The notes below the pieces were generated by a model. The model saw only the letters and a list, made by a program, of their open reading frames with translations. It had not been told where the DNA came from and ran no database searches. A DNA stretch of 64,000 nucleotides from Bispira polyomma (lineage: Eukaryota), in contig OZ287755.1 of assembly GCA_965649765.1 (NCBI GenBank), positions 60,450,001 to 60,514,000 of the forward strand, in the 5' to 3' direction. Below are positions 37,054 through 49,100 of the stretch, in pieces (the stretch's first letter is position 1; each line of letters begins with the position of its first letter). Position numbers and translations under genes: made by a program.

Positions 37054-40000
37054 CACAGTATTGGTAAAATACTAAAAATATAAAACAAATCAGTGGGTTG
37101 GTGGGTGTCATACAGTACTACCTATGCTACCAACTAATTGTGTGAAGTATAAGTGGTACATAGAAATTGTATAGCCAAACCTAGCCACTAATACCCATAC
37201 ACCAAACCACACATATAGCCATACATATCTTGTGATACACTAGACCATTCAATTAATTCGTCTAGAGTCAGCATGTGATGACAGCCCACCTGGCAGCATT
37301 CAGTAAAACATTACATATACAGATCACCCCAGACCACCCATAATTAACATCACCCACACTAGAACTCCAGCCAGTGACCTATAAACCCCAAACTCACTGT
37401 GTGTAAATAAGGTAAAGGGGTCAATTATTGACCATAACACCGGGTAGTTAGATCCTATTAATATTAAGTCACCAAGTTTACTAGAGTATGTTGTTGTTAG
37501 TAAAACCTTGTGACAAGCATGTCTGCAAGACATGACAACCCATAATTAACATCACCCATGCTACAACTCCAGCCAGTGACCTATACACTCAAAATTAATT
37601 ACTGTCCCACTTGTAATGACTAAAGCTTAAACCTTAGCAGACACGTGTGTACATACATGTATATGTTACAAAATGTTATAAAACAGATGACTTAAACTCA
37701 CTGTGTGCATATATGGTAGAGGGGGGATGTACACTACACCACTGCTCAAAACCATTACAACAGGAAAACCGCCTTAAAGGCAAACGACGGGGAACCCGAT
37801 AGTAGTGGAGTATATATCTTGGGCCAGGAATAATTTCAGCTTTTTTACAGTTCAGGAAAAGTTTACAGTGTGGAAATAGTAATTGTACTGGGCACTGTTA
37901 CCACAACAATGGGTGAGTAGGGGCACTTTAACTATATACATTGTACAATATGTATTGTTCAGACATTATGTTTTAATTATACATTTTGTGATTAGTTTTT
38001 ATAAATTTACTGGCTTTTTCTGTAAGAAGTTAATAATTTATTGTTTCTCCATATCATACCACAAGATGAACTAGAATTAACGTTTAGCTAATAATTTAGT
38101 AACCTGTGGTGTTTTTTTTTTGTTGTTATTTTATGACTTTTCTTTCTGTAATTAATAATTTATTGTGTCTGAATAAATAGGCTCTAAAATAGGTGACATT
38201 ATATGCTAACAAAATTGAATCACAAAGTTACCAACACCTTGATGTTTTTTGTAGTCGAGATACAAATGGTAGAAATACAATTTATTTTAGATAGTTATGT
38301 ATAAATATGTTTTATAGTATACAGAATATCACACTTGTTTTGTGTATCTACATATGCAAAATATAATGGGTGGATTTGGAGCACATTTAACATAGTTTAC
38401 TCTATATTGAAACAAAAAAATTCATCTTTTTGGAGTGGGGCACAATGAGAAATTATATTGTAAACTACAAATGGACCCTGTGTAATTTAATCATCTTATA
38501 GAATCTACACATTTGTTAACATAAAAACTGCTACACACAATCAGGGAAAACACCATATATGGTTATTTGATCTCAGAGAATACCTGTACAGAATGATTCT
38601 ATATAGTGTAAAGAGGAACTGTTAGCTCAAACAAAAAATCCCTACAAACCAATTTTGAGAGTTTCACTAGGATTAATTTTCACTACTGACAATTTTTAGT
38701 TTTAATATCTGTGAATTTATTTTCACTATGTCAACTCGTCAGTGAAAATCGCTCAGAATCAATTCCTAGTGAAAATGTCCACACTATCAGCAACAAGTTT
38801 GTTTTTATGATCTCTATTTTAAATACACATGAAGTGGTATGTCTCAAACCAAGAACAAATAGACAAACATTCTATAACATATAAGTACATGTATACCATA
38901 GTTTTAAAACTACATCATACACTTTTATGCTACAGTTTATGTTCTCATCATCTTTAAATATTCATAACCATGCATTATACAGTACACAAGATGACATGTA
39001 TATAACCTAATAGAGAGGGCCAGGAAACTGTGCATTACTTGTATGTCAATGTAATATTTATATTTATTATCCACTGTGACGTCAGCATGGCGTTTTTCTA
39101 GTTGATTCTGGCCCGGCACCCCGAGAAAATGTATTAGAAAATTATAGTAGTTACATGTTTTAGTGTCACTTTATTGCAATATTCCAGACAGAAAGTAGCT
39201 AAACGAGTGGTTAACATAAAATATAAACCTTGAACAATATCCCAGTACATTTTTTGTACACCTTTCTAAATATCAATATGTGTTTAAGTTAATTCTTTAA
39301 GGTACCAACTCTATACGTTTTGGCGTTCTGATTTGCATTGTGACGTCATAATGTAGGGTTTTAAAACGTAAAAGGGGATTACTTAGAGTTTTGAGTTGTT
39401 TCAATATTTTAACATTATCATAGTGAACAAAACAAAAAAATTATTTACAGGTAGACAGGCCAATCTGTGTATAATAATAAAAAAAAAAAAATTATTTGTT
39501 AAATTTTCCTTTGTTGTCGACCTGTCGGCATGTCGGTCTATGGTATTGCATATAATATTATTTTGGGACTATTTTTTTTGTACTACTTTTTAAAATGGTG
39601 GAAGTGAGGGGGAATTCTAACCTTAGCCATTATGCAATAACTACAAAACTTTATTTTAATGTGGTAGATATATAGGTACATATTTTAAGCTAATTCTATA
39701 AGGTGACAAGCCAGAGTTTTTTGGTTCCTATTTTGTAGTTTGCCGTAAATTTTCAATATTTTATCCGTCTGTTTTGTGATATATATTTACATTACATTGT
39801 ACTTTATAACTTATCGAACAGGCTGTTCCATTCTTTATGAAACAGATATCCCACACAATTTCAAAACAACCTCTGCCGATCTGATATGTGTGAGAGTTTT
39901 AATTGGAAAACAGTTCAATTCGACTATTTTTTTTGTATAGGAGTATGCATATATCCCCCACAACAGTCATGTATGCTAGATAAAGATAATGCTGTGTGAC

Positions 40001-41501
40001 TGAATGAGCTATATATTAAGCCCAGTCTAGTTAAGCTTATACTACACCTATTTGTATGTTGTGGGAAAATAGGTAATTTCTGGAAATGTATACAGACATG
40101 GCTTAAACATGTAACTGAAGTTGATTTGTATCTCGCCCCTCCACATATATTATTTGGAGAATGACGATTGGCAAATGGCTACTTACCAATGAATGTTGGC
40201 TATATGACTGCCAAACAATATATGTTTAATTGCTCTAGAAATAACGAAAGATTAAATATTTTTGAATACCAGGCTTTTTTTAGGTCAAAATTGAAAAGCA
40301 AAGATACTTATCCGTAATTGAAATGCAATTTGGAAAATTTGTCAACAAGTGGTCAGTGTTTGTAAACTTTTTTAAAAATAATTTCTAGTATTTAAATTTG
40401 TCTAGTTATTTTACATAGTACACCTACTTCTATATGACATATATTAAAAGTCTCAATGTGAGGTTTGCCTTACATATACATATATTATTAAAAAGGGTCA
40501 ATCACCTTGCAGGGCAAAAGAAGGAAAAAATATGGTAAATGATAGATATACAAATAATTCCTCTAATGGAAAACTCTAAATGCAAGATTTGATTAAGTTT
40601 ATGTAACAAAACTCTCACTGATCTTTTTACCACTAATACTATACAATCTTCTCGTCATCCTGTATCTTCTAATTACAGAATTTAAAAAAGTGAAAAAAAA
40701 AACCCCAACAAAACAAATAAATTCCTTAACCACTGTTTAATATATTAAGAAACACACACATTTGTACTAGGTACATATATACATGTATGTTCGCGAAACC
40801 TATGGATTCACAGGGTGTAAGGTTTTATCATTATTATATGTACCATTTTGAAAGGTACTGCAGTTTTTTATAAAGTCCCCGTGAACGGGGTGCAACCTCT
40901 TCCCACTGTACAGGGTGCCTGACAAATTATTTAATTTAGGCGGAATAAACTATTTCTAAAAAAAAAATTGTTGGAGATATTATAGAATGACACTGTAAAC
41001 ATCAATGGAGTCTATGTGGGTTTTGTGCAATTTTGTAAAAGGTTTAACTAGAGGGAATGTAACTAATTCTTTAGGTTTTATAAATTATTTGCTTTTCTCT
41101 CATTAATTGATTTTACTTACCATTAATTATTATTGTGTCTGAATAATATTAGTTTTAAAACTGGGTGATTACATGCTAACGATATTTAGTTACAAAGTTA
41201 GTATAGTATATATATATATATATACAGCGAGAGATATTTGTATGCAAAGTTGGTTGACCATGGGTCTGGTAACTTTAAAAGGTTACTGCATGGCCCACGG
41301 ATAAAGTTATTTATCCTTTTAAAATTGGTGTTTGACACCTGTCACGCAATCAATTGCTTGTTATATCACTAGAAGTTATATCACTAGAGGTAAACACAGC
41401 AACAACTTGTAAAAATCTCAAATACACATATAAATATATTTACCCGAAAAAGTTACTTGCAATCGGGCTTTTAAGTTTTAAAACTTATTGGGCCGCACCA
41501 G

Positions 41502-41608
41502 GGGCTGTATTCACGAAGAGACTTAGCCAGGTCTTTGGCTTAAATCTAGCACAAAAGTATACTTAGTTAGGCCTCAGACCTGGCTAAGTCCCTTTGTGAA
41601 TACAGACC
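41502..41608. mobile_element. 107-bp Harbinger-like mini-MITE
   Basis: CAG TSD. Arms gggctgtattcacgaagagacttagccaggtct / agacctggctaagtccctttgtgaatacagacc. Shares the internal taaatctagcacaaaagtatact with the 35851 element. Confidence 0.85.
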
Positions 41609-42138
41609 CAGAAGTTAGTGGCAGTGCGTAATGGGTACTGCAGCAAAATCACACACTGTATAATTACTATAGACCTACTTACATTACAACAGTTATACAT
41701 ATATATGTGTCTCTTATATCTGATTTATTATATCTTATGTTTCTTTTGAGTAACACCAAGCAGTGTACACTCTTTCAAAAACAGTGGACACTTTTTTAAT
41801 GGAAATATTGCCAAGTGTAGCAAATGATAAATGAAGAAGATTTGGTTAAACTGATCCTGTCCTGGTCAAACAGACAGTCTCATATTATTAACAGCAGAAC
41901 GTGCAGTATAGTAGTCTGCATTACTTTAAATTCATATTCAAAATTAACGAACCATTAGCCTGTTTTTAATATGGATTAAAAGCTTTACTTTACCTGTTCT
42001 TTACTACCCAAGTGCAGCCATCTTACACCAGTCATTATCATCCTCTTTGTCGATAACCAGTTCTAAACATTCTTAAAAATTTTAGCGCACCACTTGGGAT
42101 AGGACCCATTTACAAAAAGGCAAGTCATATAAAATGGT

Positions 42139-42378
42139 GGGGGCCGCAGTGGCCTAAGGGTTAACAAGCATTGCGCTTCACAATCACTGGTCTCTCACCT
42201 CTGGGCAGCGTGAGTTCAACTCCTGTTGATGCATATGTGGGAAAGGTGGTAGTTCCTTGCTGTGGTCCGTTGGTTTCAGTGCAGAGCCTTGATCAACTGT
42301 ATGCAGTATTTCCTCCAGCGTTTCCAACTATCATTCCCAATATAACCGAGTGGACGTTAAATATTCCAATTCTAATTC
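42139..42378 (+). mobile_element. tRNA-derived SINE
   Basis: Same family as 7550. TSD catat(a/g)aaatggt at 42126-42138 and 42379-42391. Confidence 0.9.
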
Positions 42379-42740
42379 CATATGAAATGGTCAACAGAGC
42401 CACTGTGTATTTCACTGTACTTAGATGCCTCAGGCTGGTATTGATGTAATCTGTAAATAATAAACCTTAACAAACACTCTCAGGTATACATACAATAATG
42501 TAAAAATACTTCTAAAACGAATATGTAATTAAACTTAGTATTCATTTACATATGGAGATTTTTAATTTTCAAAAGAACAATAAAATGAATGGGATATGAG
42601 ACAAATCTATAAGTGTAACTGGTGGAGTGCAATTTAAGTGGGTTAGAATACCCAATACTGTCTTCGAAAAAAACTATGGACCTTGATAACAGTACTCTCT
42701 TCTCTCTATTGTGCAGCCTAACTTATATATATTAATACTT

Positions 42741-43058
42741 GCAGGCTCCTTCGAAAGTGAACGTTTAACTTTACCTGCAGGCTCCCTGGAAAGAGAATGT
42801 TTACCTTTAATTGGAGGCTCTTTGGAAAGTGAAGATTTACCTTTACTTACAGACTCTTTGGAAAGTGAACGTTTACCTTTAATTACAGACTCTCTGGAGA
42901 GTGAACGTTTACTTTTACTAGCAGGCTCTCTGGAAGTGAATATTTACCGTTAATTACAGGCTCTTTGGAAAGTGAACCTTACTTTTACTTACAATCTCTG
43001 AAGAGTGAACATTTACCTTTTACTTGCAGGCTCTCTCAAAAGTGAACGTTTACCTTTA
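42741..43058 (+). repeat. 36-bp minisatellite (about 9 copies) immediately upstream of the oxidase start codon
   Basis: Unit gcaggctctctggaaagtgaacgtttacctttactt. Preceded by a TATA-like cttatatata at ~42722. Confidence 0.9.
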
Positions 43059-43082
43059 GTAAGGACCTCATCTTGCCCCACA

Positions 43083-43188
43083 ATGGCTGAAGATATTACC
43101 TACAAGCAGGGCAGCAGTATGAGACGTCTAGTTGGTATACTTATTATCTTCTCCTGTCTGGCTATGGCAGCTGTCATTGTATTAGCAG
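43083..43188 (+). CDS. Oxidase exon 1 (N-tail plus hydrophobic segment)
   Basis: MAEDITYKQGSSMRRLVGILIIFSCLAMAAVIVLA, donor G|gtaagg, phase 1. A second in-frame ATG (MRRL) is an alternative start. Confidence 0.75.
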
Positions 43189-46100
43189 GTAAGGCTAAGT
43201 CTAAAGGTGTTTGCAAAAAACAGCACTAATGACACATGATCTAAATCTAGTATAGTATTATTTACCATAGTATTATTATTGTTAACTTTAAAAAAGTGCC
43301 AGTTTGATATATATCATCTCGTCTCAGGCACTTGTTGTCAAAGAAGGCATTTTCAAAAATATAAGTGACAAGGTCTAGCACGAGAGAAAAATGATATGAT
43401 GATGGGTAGACCAGAGATATGGGACCTGGGATTTGACAGCTAGTGTGGTGGGTGAACCAGAGATATGGAACCTGGGATCTGACAGCTAGTGTGGTGGGTA
43501 AACCAGATATGGAACCTGGGATCTGACAGCTAGTGTGGTGGGTAAACCAGAGATATGGAACCTGGGATCTTACAGCTAGTGTGGTATGTAGACCAGAGAT
43601 ATGAATCCTGGGATCTGACAGCTAGTGTGGTGGGTAAACCAGAGATATGGAACCTGGGATCTGACAGCTAGTGTGGTGGGTAAACAAGAGATATGGAACC
43701 TGGGATCTGACAGCTAGTGTGGTGGGTAAACCAGAGATATGGAACCTGGGATCTGACAGCTAGTGTGGTGGGTAAACCAGAGATATGGAACCTGGGATCT
43801 TACAGCTAGTGTGGTATGTAGATCAGAGATATGGATCCTGGAATCTGATAGCTGGTGTGGTAGGTAAACCAGAGATATGGAACCTTGGGATCTTACAGCT
43901 AGTGTGGTATGTAGACCACAGATATGGATCCTGGGATCTGACAGCTAGTGTGGTGGGTCGACAAGAGATATGGAACCTGAGATCGGAGAGCTAGTGTGGT
44001 ATGTAGACCAGAGATATGGGACCCAGGATCTGACAGCTGGTGTGGTGGGTAGACCAGAGATATGGGACCCAGGATCTGACAGCTAGCCGTAAGCTGTTTC
44101 ATTCTACTGGAGCAACAACTTGAAAACTGCAATGTTTGATTTGTTTGTTTAGATGAAAAGTGATTACTGAAAGTCTATTTCCCCTTATTAAACCCCTAAA
44201 TCTCTCCAGGAAAAACAAGGCGGATTACATTGCCTTTACGATGAACCACTGATGCATATGGATTAAATCTATTTGATGTGATCTGGAAACTCCTTGGTTT
44301 TTTACATTACACACAGACAATATGTGCAGAGCATAGCGCACCAGAACTGGAGTGCAAGGCAAGGACGCACCAAAAATGCAGAAGTTGAACATTTTAGCAT
44401 ATTTTTAGAAATTAGGCAACTAAAATCTATCTATAAAGTTGCCTCTATCCATTATTCATTGTCTTACTCATCCAGAACCACACACAAGTGTATTTAATCT
44501 TACTTTGTTTGAGACTTGCATTAATACTACACAAAGTTGCAAGTTAATAGTATGTTCTAGTGTAAAGTACTCTCATCTGTGAAATGTTTGTAATTTTGCA
44601 AAACAAATCATTTGACCAAAACATACATCACTATCTAGGTTTCATCACAATATTAACAGACTCATGGAAGAAAATCATTGAACCTACTAACTACATTAAC
44701 ATATTATACAGGCCTGAACAAATTGGAAATAAAACAAAAATATTGAAAAAAGGGATTTAAATTTACTTTGGGGCAGTAATGGATTAAGGCTTTCTATTAT
44801 CCGAAATACTTAATTTCTTAAGTCCATAAATTAAGTTGGGAGTGTTTCTATTTTTGAAATAAATGCTTTCCGAAGTTTTTGATAACAAGCTTTGGAAATG
44901 TTAAGTCACATGACCTGAAATTCGACAGCAATAACACATAGGTAGAATATTTGCAGTGGTAAAGTCAATTCTGCTCAAAGGGTATCAATGATATGGTAAA
45001 TACATATGTTTGTTATGTAAATAAGTATTTGTATCTTTCTTACAAGATCTATTTTGTTGCATTTTTTACTACATTTTGCAAATATGCCTTTGGACAATGC
45101 CTTTAATTAGATCGTGCACATATATACATACCACAAATATAATCCAGCATTGTTAGGCCTGCAAGTTTTAGTTCAACACTTTGAACAAAAATTACAACAA
45201 ATATACTGTGACCTAGTGGCTAACACACTCGAGTAGGAACACAGAGAATCTGGGTGTATTCCAGCCTGGGTGACCTGGTACCATCACATACAATGTGACT
45301 TGATGACCACCTAAAATAGCGTCTTCTGTCATTGGGTCATGTCGGGCCGCGGTGGCCTAGTAGTTAGCAAGCATTGCGCTTCACAGTCACTGGTCTCTCA
45401 CCTCTGGGCGGCGTGAGTTCGAACCCTGTCGATGCCTATGTCGGAAAGGTGGTAGTTCCTTACTGTGGGCCGCTGGTTTCAGTGCAGAACCTTGATCAAC
45501 TGTATGCAGTGTTTCCAACTACCTGTCCCAATATAACCTAAAACAGGTACTAGAGTGGACGTTAAATATCTAAATTCAAATCAAACATTGGGTCATGTCC
45601 CAAATTGCAGGCAAAAGATCCTTGTGAGTTGTAAAAAATGTAGGTACATGCCCAACCCTCACATTTCAGTTCGGGAAATTATAGTTTAATGATGCTGGTT
45701 GGCTGTTAAGAAAATATTAATGGGTACCATATATATCACATACAGGTAGATAAATGCAAAGTAAAAATTTGAATACAATTGAAACAGTTTAGCCAAAATA
45801 CATCATTTAAGGTGTCTGTTATTCCTATATATTGCAGTTGTCCTCACCAATAAGGTTAAAGATGATGACCATGAACAGTTCAAAGTAACCTCTTTAACAG
45901 GTATAGTAACTGTATATGCATGACAGAGTCTGTTTATACGCAAGTATTTTCTGCATAAACAATGCCTTAATTATATGTAGGTCTAATTTACGATGTACAA
46001 ACATGTTACAGACAAATTCATAGGTCTAGCTACTTGGCAGTATACGCCTGTTTCAGATGAATTCCGGTCTGGCTACTGGGTGGTACTTCCTGAAACGTTT

Positions 46101-49100
46101 TATATATGTGAAGCCGGTCACACCTTTCCATTGAGCCGGTATGATAATCCTACTTTTTGAAAATATTTGAAACATAACACAGAGTGAGAGTTCCTTCTAA
46201 TATCACAGTAGTAAGTCTGCATTCGTTCTACTTCCAGATACATTTTATAATGTGCAACGATTATATTTTAAACTGTTCGAAATAATCGTCGTAGAACTCT
46301 TCATTTCTGTGTTTGTCTGTATTAGTCACAAAGCGTTTTACTTAAGTAGCAGTAAGCTATTGTGGCGGTTCCACATTCAAGTTCGATCGGGAGAATGGGC
46401 CCGTTTTTGAGATCGGGGTAGTCGGGGTGCACAAATCGATATAGTTTGATTTTTGAAAATGTGAGGTGACCTTCCACATCGAACTGATTGTGCCACATTT
46501 TAACGGGACATCGATTCTGATCGACCTTATAGGTAGTAGGACTTTCAACACCAATTTTCCCTGACCTTCCCAACCCTTGTGGGCTCGAATTGATTGGCAA
46601 TAGGATCTGATGTATGGCAGCAGGATAGAACATATCGCATAACTATGTATGCCCACAAATGTGGGTCTAAATAAGACCAAGCTTTTATTCAAGAATTCCA
46701 AAAAGAATATCACTAAGTTGCAACATATGTGGCAAGAAGTGACAACCGTTTTCCAAAAGCTTTACAAGAGAATCTTAAAAAAATTAGACCAAAGCTTGTT
46801 CAAACAGATTGTAAATTAAAACACAAATTACTAGAGGTTACTGACAAGGGTTTAGTGGTTGTGTCGATACTGACTGGCAAACGTATCTATAGCATGTTCT
46901 GATAGCACCAATTAAAGAGGTAGGTTTCCTCAGCATGGTATTAATTTGCATAAAATTTTGAACTTTTCCTCTAACAGAAAACCCACCACCAGAGGTATGT
47001 GCTGATGTAACAGTAGACATGGCAGTAGTGGGTGCTGGAGTGTCTGGCGTGTACTCAGCCTATAAGCTATCCCAACACTATGACTGGAATATCAATATTT
47101 ACGAGGCACAAGACCGGATTGGTGGGAGGACCTTTAGTGTTGAGTTGCCAGGTATAACTGACTTCAAGGCAGACGTCGGTGCTATGAGGTTCAAGAAGAC
47201 AGATCATCAAAGACTTGCTAAATTAGGGGAAGAGTTGGGTCTGACTACACAGCCGTTTGGTACACCCTCTGCAGAAGAGTCTTTGTATTACTTTAGAGGA
47301 CATGTGCTTAATAAAGATGATATTGCCAGTGGTAATGCACCCTATCAGATGACTGACAAGGAGAGAGAACTCAGCCCAAAGTTATCTGATCTTTGGCAGT
47401 AAGTATATGATCACATATAAAATGTACTAATCAAAATCCCTTCTCTGACACCATTGTATCCCACCTGGATTCAAATATAATTGTGTGCATACCATTGTCT
47501 TTGTCATAGCAATAATCTTTATTTAAAAAAAATCATAATTGTTTTCATCTCTGGTTTAAATGGTATTCAGGTGATAAAGGTCTAAATGTAGATAGCAGTA
47601 AATATATTCATGTACATGCTGATGATTCACACATTTTAGTGATTAAAATTATTTTCTAAAAGTAATAAAAAACTAAATATTTTTAGCTTGGTTTACAGTG
47701 TATAAGCATATTCAATATTGCGATAAAACAATTTATTTTTACCAGTTACTGGAATAATCTGGTCATCGCTAATGAATCCAAGAACTTAGATGACCCTTAC
47801 GACAAAATCTGTACAGATGGAAAGAAGGCATATGAAAAGGGGTAGGAATAATCATAACTTGCTAAAAGTTTTATTCCTGCTGATAATCTTTTTTGATTTC
47901 TAGCACAGTTAACTTTTTTTTAAATACTTTGGATGTGTAAAAGTGCTGAAAATTATAAGAAACAACTAACATATTACTGCAACAGGCTATTTGACGGTTT
48001 AGTGGTCTTATTGTTAGAAATCAAAGGGCCAAATCAAAGAGATTAAAGTGTAATATTAAAGTGTTATATATGATATATTATCATCACTTTGTTTCTATAT
48101 AATTTAAGGTGTAACAAAAGATTGGGAAATCAATATAGTCCAATATGTTATAAACCAATATGAAATAGGAAAAGCAATAAGTATATTCATCTAATTTACT
48201 TCATTTGTAGTTTGTTTTCTTTCTCCTACAATCATTGCTTTTTCACTGTGCAAACTTCACATATTGACAGAAACTCAGATTATGTTTGCAAATGTATTAC
48301 TGGGATATGATCTAATATATTGCAAAACACAATACAACTGGAATATCACAAAATAGCGCAATACAAATTCTCAGCAGAATACTTATCGCTAAGATAAATA
48401 AATTAAGAAATACTAATACTACTTTACAAGATTATTCCCCTCATAATATCTTTCTTTGCTAATATTTCAGACACATGAATGCTTACAAAGAGGTAGCATC
48501 TATGGAAGCTCTGGAGTATCACAAATACATGATGGGTTTCCATAGTGTGGCTGGAAACAACTGGAACTTTGCAGAGTGGACTGAGCCAGGGTTTATTCCT
48601 AGTCGGCCATCTGGGGACAAGTTCACTTTTAAGGAGGGGTTCCAGGCATTATCATTGACCATGATGGACAGGATACTACAAAATACCAGGTGAGAATCTA
48701 GTGGATTAGATTCTACCGCTGAAACTTTTAACAGATTATTATTAATATTATTATTGTTAATTTGTGTAGCACCATATCGATATACATTCTCCCCTAATCC
48801 TAAATACAAGAAAAATATTGAAGCCAATAAAAGCATCTGGTGGTAGAGACGAGGGTCTAGTTATCTCTGCAGTTCAATATTGTAAAAAAGTGTACCAGCT
48901 GCTCAAGCTCTCATAACTTGTGTTGTCCAAATAAGTGATTTGACAATGAAGCAATGAAAGTTTTCTATTGCAATAAACATTTTTTTGCAATCAAATTCCA
49001 AATCTTATTTCATAAGATTCTTTTAGTTCAAGTAGAATTTATTGTTTGCAGATATTCCATCGTAATACAATGGTAATTTAAACGGTAAATTACAAAAAAG

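Noticed and set aside
42711-42953. Leucine-rich-repeat-like ORF (AGSLESERLPLL)n
   Set aside because: Translation of a 36-bp VNTR, with no ATG start and frameshifts between units.
43404-44086. CRISPR-like array
   Set aside because: Units are contiguous tandem copies without unique spacers, the context is a eukaryotic intron, and there are no cas genes.
46020-46830. CpG-richer block with ORFs 46322-46633 and 46357-46713
   Set aside because: No recognisable motifs, TIR or TSD. Probably a repeat fragment but cannot be assigned.
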